DNA of 56,165 nt, counting the filler, from Sphacelaria rigidula (Eukaryota), in NCBI GenBank assembly GCA_964200075.2. It is 6 parts of 6 records of this genome, joined end to end, with 100 filler letters (N's around TTAATTAATTAA, not from the genome) between each part and the next. Parts side by side here need not be neighbours in the genome. Positions count along the whole stretch, not along the records: positions 18,757 to 28,034 come from CAXNAA020008851.1; positions 28,135 to 37,411 come from CAXNAA020008852.1; 4 more parts are not named here. The stretch is one strand, 5' to 3'. The first letter of the stretch is position 1. Every line of letters starts with the position of its first letter. The position numbers and the translations under genes are program-made. Below the pieces are notes generated by a model. It searched no databases. It was not told where the DNA came from and was given only the letters and a program-made list of their open reading frames with translations. This document shows positions 23,404 through 37,511 of this stretch, piece by piece.

Positions 23404-26061
23404 TAGTGTTAGTATTATCACACATTTCGGATTTCCTGGCTAGACACTGTTATGTAGTGGAACACGACACGCATCGGACAAGTCGTGACTCCCACTGACG
23501 CGAGTTACACCGGCACCTCAGCAAGATATGGGAAGAGCGTATGATTGAAGTCATTAGGATACATTGACCAGAATGAGAACCAGTCTGCCTCTTGTCGTGA
23601 GAGTTCATATCGAGGCGGTGAGGGGCAAGTCTGGGCGAGTCTGGGCGAGTCTGACAGTCTGGTGTGGGGAAGTAGAAAGAGGAAAACTTCAACGTTGCAA
23701 CGACGGCAATATCGTGTTCAGCACCTGCGAGGTATCGGTGTATTGCCGTGTCGAATTCAACGGAATGGTTGACGTATTGATCATCTGTTCGGTGTCTGCT
23801 ACTGTGTTGTTGGGGTCCATGTACATCCCTACGCCTTTGTGCCATTCCTACTGGACAGTTTCATTTCAGCTCTCGTGCACAATCGTGCACATACAGCTGT
23901 CATCCGGTGAAATAAATAGCGCAAATGGAGGCGACGCTGTGCTTGGGTTAACCCTTGGAGCGCGATGCCACTTCTGGAACAATATCGCCGGCTGAAAATC
24001 CCGGCGAAAATGGGGGAGGGGGCGGAAGGCTGCCTATTGGCTGAGCCGTAGGTCCACCTTTCGGGCCGCAAAGATAACTTGTCTATACACCGCATTCGTT
24101 CCGTGTCCCGGCACAGCCACTGGCTTGTGCGTGCGCGCACAGTCTCGTGCGTATTTCTGGCAGATAGAGCGCAGTCAACAGGAGAGGCTGAGCGACAGTA
24201 CGGCACGGACAGTACAACGTGGCGTGGTATTGGCCGAGGCGTGGGCTGGTGGCTGAGACGGGACAGCACTCTGCCGTGTGCTTGTATTGCATGTTGTGGT
24301 CAACTGAGCCATCAATGACCGACGAACGTGTTCTCTTCAAAATCATCACTACAAAGCCAAACACGTAGCTGGCCGGGACGTGGCAACACGAACCTGAGAG
24401 AGTCACAGCCATTGCCTACAATGCGACGATAGCGGTCGCTTAACGGCAGTTACACACGACGCGCGATGTTTCGGCCACGGCAGTCGTGCTCACCAAGGGC
24501 GGAACAACTCAAATGTCCTACAGTAACAGCATAATATAACAGGGGAATATGTGTGTACCACGCTATATGCGAAGATAGGTTTCTCCCCGACATATTGTAG
24601 CGAGTTCTGGGCAGATATCGTTTGAACCCTAGGGCACAGTTGCAGGCTGGTCTCCCTGTTTGACACCAGAACGTGTCTCCAGCTCCAAATGATGAACAAC
24701 CGCGAAACCGAACACAACGTGTAGGTTCCCCGCAACCGTATAGCCAAGCTAGAGTGCGCCGCGCGCTCTCACCGGCCATTCATGCAGGCTGCAGACGTGG
24801 CGTACTACAGGGACCATGGGCCTTCAGCACAGCGAGTTAACCCAAGATGTTACTCAGTAGAGTACATGATACAGCTGCACACAAGTACGGTAACCACAAC
24901 ATAGAGCAATCTACAAGCATCATTGGGGTATGCTACGGTATCACCCAACTTCAAACCTCCGAGTCACTGACAGCAACAAATCTATGTGAATAACGGGAGA
25001 ATGTTTCCTGGAACAATCTTCGCAGGCTCCATTGTGTTGGCAGAAAAAACAGTCAATCTTCTAGGGAATCAGTAGATGTGCAAGGAATCAATAACTATTG
25101 TAGAAAAAACACATGGCCACACGGATGATCTTCCCCGAAGTATCGCGTTTAACTCAACACCGTCGTACAGAAATCCATTTCATAAAAACGATTAGGCGTG
25201 TACGTGACCGAGTGGTGCTCGGGGCCGAGGCCTGACAGCACCATCAACGTGCGACCGACCAGCTTCTGAAGAGAATGGCATTCAACACGTCAACGCGTGA
25301 GTGAGCACCTTCTAAAGAAAATGACACTCGAGACAAACGAACACCACATGAATCCCCACAGGACACATCCCCCCGAGTAAAGGAGCTCAGATCTCCGAAT
25401 TTCCCCAAGATGAACCCCCGTAAAAAGCACGTTCGCACTCCACGACAGGCAGATCTTCCCTGCAGATGCGCGCTCATACGGTTGTCAGTACCGTTTCGAA
25501 CATCGTGATGGCGAAGGCTCTAAAGTTCAACAGGGACGCCTTCTTAACCACCGGGTATTTCGTGAACCGCCGGGTGCGTTGTCTTCGGGCAAAGCCCAAC
25601 GCGCGGAGCACCTGAACCGGTCGAAGGTCTCAGCCAAGGTCACATCCGAGACTTCCAACATAGGGCCAGGTTTCCGCCAAAACCTCAAGTCAATGCTTCC
25701 CGATTGATTGCCAACAAACTTGAAAATGCGGCCACAAAGCTGCTAGGACTAACGGGCGCAGGTTTAGTGGTGTTGCTCCAGAGGTGAGGGCCGCCGCCTG
25801 TCAGGAGTTTTCCACGTTGCAAAATTGAATGCCGGGATTGTCAGCATGTCAGTTTTCCGCTTAACTTAGTGTCACGTCCCTTCACCACCCCTGCAAAAGG
25901 AAGACCCTGGAGTCAACAGATGAAGTGTGTAGCCACGATGATACCAGCGCAAACCTGTATAACATCTCCATAGCTATCGCGAAAACCCCGGCTCAGTTCT
26001 ACTCATCACATCGCATAAGCTGGCGACGAATATTTCCCAAAAGCTGGAACAGCATATCAGC

Positions 26062-26093
<32 letters not shown>

Positions 26094-27890
26094 ACTGTAC
26101 GAACACAATAGCCACTTCTCCCCAAGTATCCGAAAAGCAGGTGCACAAAACGTAGGCTGGAGTGCCTCTTACACGCTAGCAGCAATTGTTCAAGACTTCA
26201 TATATTTTTCTCGAAGCCTCACGCCAGTTTTAATATGTATTCTCTCGAAACCTCACGCGCTGGTGGCATTTCCCCCCTCGTGAATTCCTCGCTCCCTTGG
26301 CGCTTTTCACTTGCGGGGACGGTGTGTCACGTCAGGCCTTGCTCCACTGGCGCGTATTCATCTGGGCTACAGTATTCATGGGAAGTGGATTTGTCGCAGG
26401 AGGTGCCGTGTGGATAGAGATATCGCAAACACTGTGCGGGGTGTTCATCACAAAAGATGCGGTCGGAACGCCCTAAAAAAGCTACATAAGGAGCACGATG
26501 ATTTCCTCTAACGCGGCTCTTGCAGGAGAATAAGCTCTCTAGGCCTCTTTGCGAAGGGCACTCTCTGTACCCCCCGGGCCCAAGGTTTGTTGGCATACCT
26601 CTGGTGGGGGTTAGAGTTCGAATACAGTTGGGGTTAACCCTCAGCCTGGGATCCCCCGCAGATGACCTCAGATGACCTCTGGTACATCTGGGATTCGGAA
26701 CAGATGTTTTTTGCAAGAGACAAGACGCCTACTTTCGTATACACGTAAATGTTGGGCATATGTGTAGGAATTAGTGCTGGACAATCCCTGCCCCGCTTTG
26801 ACAGACAAGTCACGTACATGTATATAAGTTGGCATGTTCGGTAGAGTAGCGGCGGCAGCTGCAGCAGCTACACAGAGTCAGTGAAAAAGGAAGCTTAGTT
26901 GAGACGCTGTGACACGGGTACAAGATCAATGTGTGCCGGCGCTGCCTCAAAAATACCAGGACTGTTGCGAAAGCGTAGATAAGAGAGAATATATGTTGCT
27001 CGCATATATCGCAGCAGTGGCGGCTGCCTGTGTATGCCACCTGCAAAGCATGAAATAATGTATTCCAGGAACCCAGCTCAGTGATGGCCGAGTAGTGTAC
27101 AACGGTATGAAACCGTCATAGTGCCATCGCTCTCCACTGAACACAGTCTGCTGCACGATGCTGTTATCTCTGCTTAGTCTTCGGCGACAACACCACAGGC
27201 AGTGCGAAACTATGTTGACGGCACCAGAGGTGCCAAGCGGGGGGCGAAAGACAACGAGCACAGCAAGAAGTACATCATTCGGCGAAATTTTTTATGGTTG
27301 AGTGGACGTTACCCAAATGGTCGAATACGGCTTCGCTGCGGGGCAGGTCATGGTAGGCCATATGTAGGGAAATAAAGTGACCAGATTGACCAAATTGATC
27401 ACAATAAAATTACCTTGATTACGTCCCTCTTGGCGGGTTCCGTTCCTGACTTGAAAGTTTCCTTTGAAAACTTCCCAGCACGCATGGTTGACTCCGTGAG
27501 CTTTTCGGTTGTTCAGGGGAAAAGAGTCCACCCCACGTGAAAAATCGCCGCCCTGTCCGCTGAAAACCCCTACATGTCTCTCGACTGTCAGCCGGCGAAG
27601 CTGTTCCGAGGCGAGGCTCGCAGCGTAGGGATTGAACGAAAAACATGTACCACTAGTATGTGTCAATCATAGGATTTGGCGACCAATCGCGGAGACGTAC
27701 TCCAAAAAGCCAACGGTACGCGGTACAGGGCACTCATCTTTGTCTAGTTTATTTTTTACACAATTTCACCCCCCTCCCCTTCTCGGGACGAGTCCATGGT
27801 CTCAAATGGGCTGCTGTATCTTTCCCCCGGTACACGCTTTCGATGTGACCACCAGCGATTGGATCATGACCAACGTTCCCTGACCGCATC

Positions 27891-28034
27891 GATTGATTGA
27901 TTGATTGATTGATTGCCGCACTTTAACTGACCCCCCAGGGGTCCAGCCGTGGTGTCATGATAGACGTACTCAAGAAAAACGGAATTCAAACACGCTCTGA
28001 GGAGAAAAAAAAAGGAACAGAAAACAATAGGAAC
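27891..28034 (-). repeat. (CAAT)n-tailed retro-element 3' end
   Basis: (gatt)6 then cgcactttaactgacc..ccagccgtgg..atagacgtac; near-identical to 47918-48000. Confidence 0.7.
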
Positions 28035-28134
28035 NNNNNNNNNNNNNNNNNNNNNNNNNNNNNNNNNNNNNNNNNNNNTTAATTAATTAANNNNNNNNNN
28101 NNNNNNNNNNNNNNNNNNNNNNNNNNNNNNNNNN
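28035..28134. other. Artificial contig spacer
   Basis: N44-TTAATTAATTAA-N44. Confidence 0.98.
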
Positions 28135-29899
28135 CCCCCCCCCTTTTTCTCCCCTCCTCTGCGTAGTGCCCCCCCCCCCCCCCCCTGCCCATCGCATCGT
28201 ACTTCACGTCGCGCGCCTTTTTCAAGGCAGGTTTGATACGCCCTGCCACAGAAACGAGCGGTGTGCCACTCTCGCCTTACGCGACGGGTGTTTCGGGACA
28301 GAGTCGGACGAAGACGTGGAGATCACTTGGATCTGCGTCCGACAAAAGCAGTTGCCGCGATGCTACGCCGCAACTGCGTTTTTCCTCCCTTGTTCCCCAA
28401 TTTTTGACATTCCCTCTTTGTTTCGTCGGTATATAGTCTGCGTGTGCGTACTATTTAGTGTTTTACTTTGTAGGTGGACTTGCGTTTGTCTTGTCTTCTT
28501 CAACATAGGTAGCAGGTGTCACGTAAATACAACATTTTCTTTTTGTGGATTGAACGTTTCATGTGACGGGTCGCAGCGATGCTTGCCCACGGAGGACACT
28601 TCCTACGATACCCCCCACCCAAAAACAAGCAGCCCAAAACTGTCACGAAGAAAACAACGGTCATACAGCGCCTGATTTTTGGTTTCAGGCTGCATGAAGC
28701 GCCTCATATGGGCAACATTGGCGGAAACAATGCCAAGCGAGACAATTTCCAGCTGCTCGCTGTGCTCGTTTTTTTTCATGTCGGTTTACACGTACATTTT
28801 GCATTCCCAAACCAGTCACTTTTTCAGGGGGGGGGGGGGCGCGGGGGGGGGGGCTATCGTAGAAAGTATCGGAGGTGTGGGAGAGAATCGCCGGAGCGAT
28901 TTTATTTATTTATTTTTGTTCTCTGTTTTTTTCGCCTCATGTCTTTTTGTACGTGTGTAGAAGAAACCTGTCTCGTTGAATTTTGGAGTTGCTCGGCGCA
29001 ATTGTACTGTGCCGAGGTGCCGTTGATTCAACCGCGAAAAGACTCGTCTAGGGTGTGCTAGTGTGATGAGGCTCAGAAGCGTTGCGAGATATTATTAGGG
29101 TATGCGGGTCTGTTCATGGACCCTGGGTCCCGTAACGCGTTGTACCACGCTCGCTATTGTTTTGATGGCGACATCATATAGAATGTAGGCGAGCCACATC
29201 CCCACCTTGGGCACTTGTTGGCTTGCCTTGCTGGTTTGCCTTGCTTGCTTGCCTGCTAGCTTCTGCTACTCTGACACCAACGCCACACTCTGCTCCTATG
29301 GCTGCGCCCCGGCTATACTGAGCTAGAAAGAATGGCATATGCCACCAACACGTGAGTGTCTCTTCCTTCCAGCAGTTCATAAGAATTACTGCGTGATCGC
29401 ATGAAAGAAGCTACGGTCTGTATGGTGTGCCCTCGTGGGAGCTTGGTTCAGCTGGAACCATGGTATCTCCTGGCAATCGTACTGAGAGACCCCAGCCAAT
29501 GTATTAGCTGACTTCTATCTATATAACGTAATTCCTCTGGGGGCTGAGTAGTGAACCCGTCCACAGGGATTCAACACCGCTAGAGGAATAGCCCACACAA
29601 ATACGGGTAGCTTGCTGTAGCCGCGACCCGGTTCCCAGGAAGGCCTTTCCTCACGTACTCACTGGGGTCTTTGACAACCGTGATACTGTATTATTAGCTG
29701 TTTTTGTCAATCACCACAACATTATTATGGCACTTTCTTTTCAAACACGACGTAGATATAAGCACAAACAACATGTATGATCGACACACGATACTGTATG
29801 CTGCAATGTGAACATTTCCCTCAAACTAATGGTTTCATGGTTTTGGATGGTTATCTACCACGAATTCCTCGCTGTTCCACGATGGAATGGCGGCTTTTG

Positions 29900-32800
29900 C
29901 CTGCCTGCCTGCCTGCCTCCCTGCGCAATTTCGTTTCATGTATTAGCCGTTCTGCTCCCCTCCGCGCATGAACCCTCGCTAGAGCTCCAGTTTCCCTACA
30001 CTACCGCCCCCATTCCCACGACCTATCATTGAACCCACTTCGCTCCGCACGGTAATCTCTCAGAGGAAACACGCGCATCTCCACCACCCCCCTCGGGGAC
30101 GTCATGTTCAGTCCTCGCGACATCAACCCTGCACCGAACCATACTATTCTATGGAGAGATTTTATCATACTTATACTTTGGACATGTATATTTGAGCATG
30201 AATCAGTGCGTAGTAGCGTGAAAACGCGCCACAGAGACGTGACTGCATATGTTCTGTCCCTCGTCGTGGTAGAATGTAAGTGGAGTGCAATCGGCACGAG
30301 AGAAGTAGAGACAGCACATCACTGTCTCGTGGGGTGTTGCGTGCGATGAGTCTTCCCCCAAGGGGGTGTACCTGCCATCGCCCTATATCTCGCCTGCGCA
30401 TGCTCACCTATACTTGCGAGTAAAATCATTCCCAGGCATGTATGATTAAAGAAACGTCGCGAAGGATGAGCCACGCCCTTCAATGGAGGAACGCGCACCT
30501 TTTGCCGCGTATAGATACTCAGCGTGGACACTCTCTTATCCTTCTCCGCACGGGAGCGGCCAGCCCACTGTCGCCCTTGCCGGGGAGTGTCGGCGAGCGC
30601 GGGCTATGAACTTGTTCGGTCGATTGAAAATACTAGCATATCGTTTTCGCGTTAGCCACCAGCAAGCAACTGTTTAGTTGTAGTTATTCCCTTTGCCATG
30701 CGTAACGACTCCGTCCTTGCTGTAGGAAAGCATGCGTTTACCACGACCAGCGAGCGCTGATGAAATGAACGATACGTCTCTTGACAGCAAAAAGCCAAAG
30801 CTGATCGTCATTTCTAGAAGGAAAGTGCTCAACTTGTTCTCCTGCCAACATCGACAGGAAGCAAATGTACCGTGTGGAAATTCCGGGCCGAGCGGGTTAC
30901 ACTCAAAGGACTATGGCAACCTAATAGCTACATCGTCAGAACCCTTTGGTTCCAGTGGTTGGAGATCAAGATCAGGCACGCATCGCCTCTCAAGTGGATG
31001 GCTAACACGGGAAGGCATCTTCGATCTCAGAAGGAATCCTTTTAATACCTTCCTATGCCTCGCTAACTTTTGCGATTGATTCATTGTGCATTTCAGGAAT
31101 CGAATCAAATTCACGGGGGGAAGGGGTAGCTTCTATTACACGATGAAAACATTCTCTCTGTTTTCGGTCATTCCGAAATGTGAGGTCTGACTTCACTTGC
31201 CCTAAGGAGAAGCGGTTTCCAGCAGATTCATTCGCCGGTAAGGGAGGTTAAACGAGTGAATAATATATACAGAAAAGTACTGTACCGGGATGTGCGCTGG
31301 AGGAGTTTACGGCATCGGTTCCCCTCAACTTCTAAGTAGCCATGACGCACGGACCAAGGTTTCAATGGCCAAGTTCGTGCACAGCAGTGGTTGAAGTGTC
31401 GTCGTCTCAAGTCTCACAACCAACTGATGAGCCTAAAACCCGGTTTGACGCGCGAATGAGCAAGCCCGCGACGACCCGTTCGATGACCGCATACTAGGCC
31501 ATCGACAAAGCCACTCTGCCGCGGATTTTGTTCAAGAATGTAGCAGAAGATCCCAAGGTATCGCACCACCAATCACTGCTATTGGCATGCCAAAAACTAT
31601 ATTTTTGGTGTTTTTGGTGTTTTGATGGCCTCCCCAACTTGTTTCGCTCTACTCAACAGTCCACAGTTGCCTTGTTTCTGAACTCACATTCTGGCCCGGT
31701 ATTCCTGACTAGCAATATATACATATATGATTCAAAACAGAACTCTCAAGACACAGGAGACTGGTAACTAAAACCTGGTGAGCAAGACTCCGCTTTGAAA
31801 CTAGCTAGGCAGTACATGCAGGCAGTTGTCGTGGCAATTATGTTACTGTGGTTCGAAACAATAACCGAATGATGTTACGAGTACGCTCTGCTTCTTGGAT
31901 ACACTTCTAGAACCTAGGTTACTTCATCTACTATCTCGAAGTCAAAACGCACATGCTTGAAGCGTGGGCTAGACTCCAAGTTCTCACCAAGACTCCGCGG
32001 TGGATGGGGCCGATCCGCTCCACCGTGGGTCACAGAAAACAATCGTAGCACAACGCCAAAAAACAACTAGCTTGCATGAAGTACACCGTAAACTGTCTAA
32101 GGCACGCTTGCTTATGTTAACACAAAGCTGTCTCTCCCCCAACCACACTGATGCACATACACTTCTATCCTCGTGGCCAAGAACTAATTCCCCCACAGTT
32201 CGCGACTGAACATGCTACGCTTTGCTCGCTGCGTCGGGATGTTTTTTGGCGTATGGGCTAACGCCCATCATCTCACAATACCTGCGATCAAGACAGGGAG
32301 CAAGCGAACAGAGTGTTCGGGTTGAGCCTTCGGCATGTCCTCTCAAACCTCCAGCGCTAACAGAGTAGCACCCGCCGGTGTCACGACGTATATCGCGAGG
32401 CATTGTTTTCGCTATGCAATGGGCTTCAACTTTGGCGCCATGTGTCCAATATAGCCGACAGCAAAGTGAAGGAAATCGTTGATTTTGATATGGTGATAAC
32501 TACAAAACCTGTTTCATCCCCATGAAGGAATCATCGTTGATATGCCAGATGCAAGAGATGAGGGCAGGGCACCTGCGACGAAATCCTTCTGGATCCCTCG
32601 ATATTTGGACGGCAAACACTATCGCTGGCAGGGCGAACGCAGCGATACCACGAGGAGACATTAGCACCTCAGCACTCTCCTCGGATGAACTATGACTACA
32701 GGATGGACTCTTCGCGGAAGTTTCACATGGGATAGGGTAGGATATTGCTTTTAGCACATTACGTCGCACGACCGTGTGTCGTGCATTCACCTGTCCCCGT

Positions 32801-33100
32801 AGTCCGTCACGTCGCATTTCGAGCGCGGCTTCTGCCAACAACTTCGCTGCGAGCTGAATGGGTCCACTCCCGGTGGCCTCTTCTGCGTATAGAAGGCACC
32901 CCACTGCTGGGACTCCGTCTTCCACAGTTTCGCACTACTTGCATCTAGGACGCTCCCGCCGTCTTCGTCTTTGTCGACAGCAGTTGCAATGCTTGCTTGG
33001 GATGGCAGCTCGCCGGTGTTTTCTTGCGCCTTGGGCGTTACCTGTAGTTGACGTGACGCAATTGGAGTCATGTCGTTCCACGTCATGAATTATTTGGCCA
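29900..33100 (-). mobile_element. Highly decayed Ty3/Gypsy gag-pol remnant
   Basis: Fragments in Gypsy order on the minus strand: protease-like 'AILDT(+1)GA' ~32435-32460; RT/RH linker-like 'RYSTFLYILFTRLTSL' ~31240-31290; RH-like 'LERRCVPDLDLQPL' ~30950-30995; integrase-like 'TPLTFYHDEGQNICS' ~30243-30290. All are weak individually. Confidence 0.42.
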
Positions 33101-34439
33101 TTCTGTACCCACTACTCCACGAAGTCGTGCACCCCCAACAGTACCGTCGTCGCACATGCACCTGTTATTCGTGTCGTCTCTTGCGCAATGCGTTTCAGTG
33201 AGTAGATTGTTAAGCTTTGCGTATTTACATGTGATCCAAGAGCGGATATCCGTGCATAGAGCTGGCAGCAGAGGACTGCTTGGCAACCTGCCGTAGCAAC
33301 TGTCAAGAGTCGGTAGGCTAGCTCGGATTCTCGTCAAAGGTGTTTCCGTTGTGTGAAGAGTAGAGACATGTGCAAGGTTTCAGTACATACGGGGGGGGGG
33401 GTGCATTGTTGACATATTGGGACAGTGTGGGTCGACATATCAACTTGTGCACGATGGTTGGCGATAATATAATGTTGGATGTTTGACGGTCTTTTTTCCC
33501 GGCTGACCTCGAGAAAGTTTGTCCGCGACGTGGCCGCTTAGGTTCAGCAGACGAGATTAATCCTTTTGAGACCAGACCTTACAATGACCAAACAGTACAG
33601 TATTCAAGGATAAGAGGACGCTGGAAGCTGGATCATTAAACAATGACAGGGCCGACCCTGTCGCCTGAAGCAAACACGTCAAACACGTTGGTATCCCGGT
33701 GTGCATATGAGAATAAGAGGCGTCGGTGGTCAAAGGGGGGTGGTTTTCCGCCCATTGGGATTCACGCTGAACCCAACCCGGAATGCACCGAAAAATTCTG
33801 CTCTAGTAGAGAAAGTTCGTATATACTCCTACTTGTCTTATTGTGTACAAGTTGCAAGAACGCTAACACCCGCGATGCTTTCATGACTTCTGTCCATTCC
33901 GACCAAGAGACTCTGAAATACTGACATTATATGCACAATTTTAAGCGCGTCCATTAACCTCTAACAGATCAACCGCCAAAACGTGATGATTCCTCGACAT
34001 AAGTGTGTGATAGCGTCACCTCTTCTACGGGGTACTATCCACGCCATCCCCCTCTTTATGAGCATCCTCGTGCGCTTCTGACACGAGAAGAGGTTTGTCG
34101 GCACCCTTGCTGCCGGCAAGCGGAGCGGTGAGGAGATTATTGTACCTATTCTTGACATATATCTCGCCTGCCTTGGTTGCCCAAGCGGAACAACCTCCGC
34201 AGATATTCGTTGGTGAACATATTAACTCCGCTTGCTCATCCCCTGCCATTTTCACGGAATTTCCATTAACCCCTAAACTTTGACGTTTCTTTTGCTTATC
34301 GTGGTGATCGAGTCGGGAAGTGCACCCGGGACCTTGGTGATCTGGTTTGCGCCTGGGCGGAATCTTCCTTCATGAGCTGCTCTTTATTTTTTACACGATA
34401 AATGGTGAACATCTCGGGTTTGCGGCTGGAGGCTGCGTG

Positions 34440-37010
34440 CATGGCCCCTGGTACCGTCAGACGAGAGACTGCCGTCTAACAAGCATAGGCAACTAAAACA
34501 TCTTCGCGCGGGCGAAACGCCTGGTGTTCAATATGAGCTGGTGTACGACGAACACGGCCGAAACGTATCATCGCTTTGGGATCTACCACACCCACCCCCT
34601 CAGACCAGCGTCGTGATAATAGGGGGAGGCGGTGGCGCGTGCGGTGCTGAAGGTACCAACGGAAGAACAGAGTATGAGGAACACCGTTTTAGCTGGATTG
34701 ATTTGTCTAGCATCTGGTTAAGAGTGAGTTTCATTGTTCGCTCTAACTTGGCAAATTCTTCACGTGTGTGTGCATACTTTATTGCCTACAACAGTGTCAC
34801 GTGCTTACAACTACACGTCGATATCAAAGCAGAACGCATGGCAGGTCGAAATAGTCCGCTGAGATCGATTCGTTCTCCCCCACACTTGTGCCACATGTCC
34901 ACGTTTTCGGCGGCAGTAGCCTCATCTGACGAGTTTTTTTATCTTAACAACACACCATAGACAAAGCACTTGTTTCATCCCCCCTTACATGGGATTACCC
35001 CGAAGGCACGTAGGTTATCCTGGAGATGGTTCCTCTGGTGCTACAAAGGTAGGCCAGCCTCCTCGGACCCTTGTGCAGTCAACCGTCCGAATATGACACC
35101 CTTTGAGAGACGTCCTTCACTCGACCGGACGAGGGCCTCTTCGCACCAAAGGTGTCGCTTGCGAATGGTCATCTCGATGCATTCACAGTCGGTTATCTCG
35201 AGCACAGCTCTGCACAAGGAAGCCTTGTGTCCACTACGATCCTTCGTACAGAAGCTTATTGCTCGCAAAAAAAAAATGTGGTGGCCAGTGCGCAGGCTCT
35301 CGAAGTCCTTTCGGCGTAGCGACACCATAGCACGCCCGTGCAGCGTACCGTACCTGTAGCTTGCACTACTGTATATCCGCTTTGAGCAACCGGATTTTTG
35401 AGCGATAGCTGAGCATTGGATCGGTTTTAGAGTTGGGAGCTACTGTGTACTGTTGGAGGCGTGCCGACACAGCGCCGATGCGACGAAAAAAATCGCCTTC
35501 TCGCTGATTCAATATAGACGAACTCAGTCATTTGCTTGTTCCCTGAGCTTGCTGCCTTGATGATCTGTACGGTCTCTGGGAAGCTGGATACTGCTTGCAG
35601 GAGCATAGTCTCTGTTTGGTTCTCCGATACCATCCGTCCGAACTCAAAATAGACGATCACCATCGCAGCCATCATCCTGGGAAGACCGCGTGGGGACCTC
35701 GAGAACACGCCTGCGTGCGTCGCGTACAGATACACACACCCAGGTCTTAACTTACTGGTCTGTGTCTGTTCCATGTTCCTCCTCGATTCTTTTGATTTCG
35801 TATTTTGATACACTGCGTCAACTTCCTCGGTGTTAGGTAGGCACTCGAATCTTCTTAGGGATCTGAAAATTGAAAGCAGTTTGGTTGCGATTCAAGGCAG
35901 GGGCTCAACCACAACACCATAGAGCAATGCTACGGTAGGGGTGCACGTTTTGCGCGAAATCTTGTCTGGTTCAGGGGTTCCTGACGATTCAAGATTGCAC
36001 AAGTATATGGGTCAGGGCATTCCCGTTTACAAATACATTCCGGATATCTCTAGCACATTGAAATAGTAATCCTGGCGTACTCTCATATATTTCGTGAGTG
36101 GTGTTTTGGATTAGATACAGGACTCCTAATAATTCCAACCTCAGAAAATATGTGTGCACCCCTACCGTAGCATCACTCCATGTCTTAATTTTTCGACGTC
36201 GTTTTAGTTTCTTCAGATGTCTCAGGACCTGTCTTGAGCAAAAGAAATACTTCGTATATTGTAAATAGCACATCGGAACATGAACATAGTGCTGTGATTG
36301 AGCTGAGGCCCGAACCGTAATCAGCCTGCTTTCGACTTTCCGAGCCCTAAGAACATCGAAGCGCTGGCCCCAAATCGTAACGTTGAACGCGATCTATCGA
36401 AGGGCGACATGAAAAGGATCGAAGAGGATCGTGGAGCAGATAGCAGTTGAAATGTAGGTTTAGCTGTCCTGTGTTCCTCCGCGTTTCGAACTGGTTGCTG
36501 TCGGTTGGTTGAGGTTTCGACCGTTCGTTCGATAAATGCGACGTCCTTTGTGGACTCAACCTGCCACATTGAAGATAAGTTCGATTTCGATTTCGATCAT
36601 AATTTTTGCCGTTGTTGAGACACACGCCTGAGGCACGACCTTATTGGGACGAAAAAATCGCACTCCAAGATCGCATTGCCCTGCTAGACGATCGATCAAT
36701 GCAAGGAACGCCGAAGTTTCAAAACTTGTGCACAGATCCGACCAAAACACGTGTGCCCGATAGGACTCACACCTAATGGTCGTGAGCACAACTGCCTATA
36801 CAAATATGTATTTCGTATGTATTTGCGATCTCTTCAACTCGATAAAACACGCCCTCCACAGGTAACGCGTCCGATTCCATCACCTTGCCCTTAGCCATAG
36901 CTCTCAGTGCCTCTTCTGAATCCATCACAATGGGCGCATCTTCAAGCGACATGACTTTTGGAATGATGCTCCGGTAGGGGGGGGGGAGGACGCTTGATCC
37001 CACGAGAAAC
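34440..37010 (-). mobile_element. Decayed 5'-truncated RTE-clade LINE (RT and C-terminal region)
   Basis: 'EEALRAMAKGK..D.LPVE' (36773-37003); 'LYATHAGVFSRSPRGLPRMM..EFG..VSENQTETM' (degenerate YADD, 35427-35813); 'IEMTIRKRHLW..ALVR..GRLSK.V.FGRL' (35041-35328); many stops and frameshifts. Confidence 0.85.
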
Positions 37011-37200
37011 AGGGGCTCACAGGTGTGCCCGACGACCTAACTACTCGCGGTGCGTTTGTATTTGGGTGAAAACGGTGTCAAGTGGTACGGATGAGAGTGT
37101 CTTATTGGTGACAAGCGCGTTTGAACAAACGTTGCTGCTTTCAACGGCGATTAAGATGGAATTTCTTTAAAATAATAGCCCAAAAGACCCCTCCCCCTAA

Positions 37201-37350
37201 TGCTCCGTCTCGAAAGGGATACGTGATCAATGGTCAAACGACTAAGGCAAGCAACGAATGAGTACGCCCCCCCTCCCTCCCCCTCTAGGTCCGTCTAAAG
37301 GGATGCGTGGTCAATGGTCAAATGACTAAGGCAAGCAACAAATGAGTACG
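37201..37350 (+). repeat. Two tandem copies of a ~67-bp structured interspersed repeat
   Basis: tgctccgtctcgaaagggat.cgtg.tcaatggtcaa..gactaaggcaagcaac.aatgagtacg; also at 7682-7749 (+) and 9202-9268 (-). Confidence 0.85.
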
Positions 37351-37411
37351 GGACGGGAGCCCCCACCCCCCCCCGGCCACCCCCCGCCGCCTCCCTCCCC
37401 CCTGCGCCACA

Positions 37412-37511
37412 NNNNNNNNNNNNNNNNNNNNNNNNNNNNNNNNNNNNNNNNNNNNTTAATTAATTAANNNNNNNNNNNNNNNNNNNNNNNNNNNNNNNNN
37501 NNNNNNNNNNN
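37412..37511. other. Artificial contig spacer
   Basis: N44-TTAATTAATTAA-N44. Confidence 0.98.
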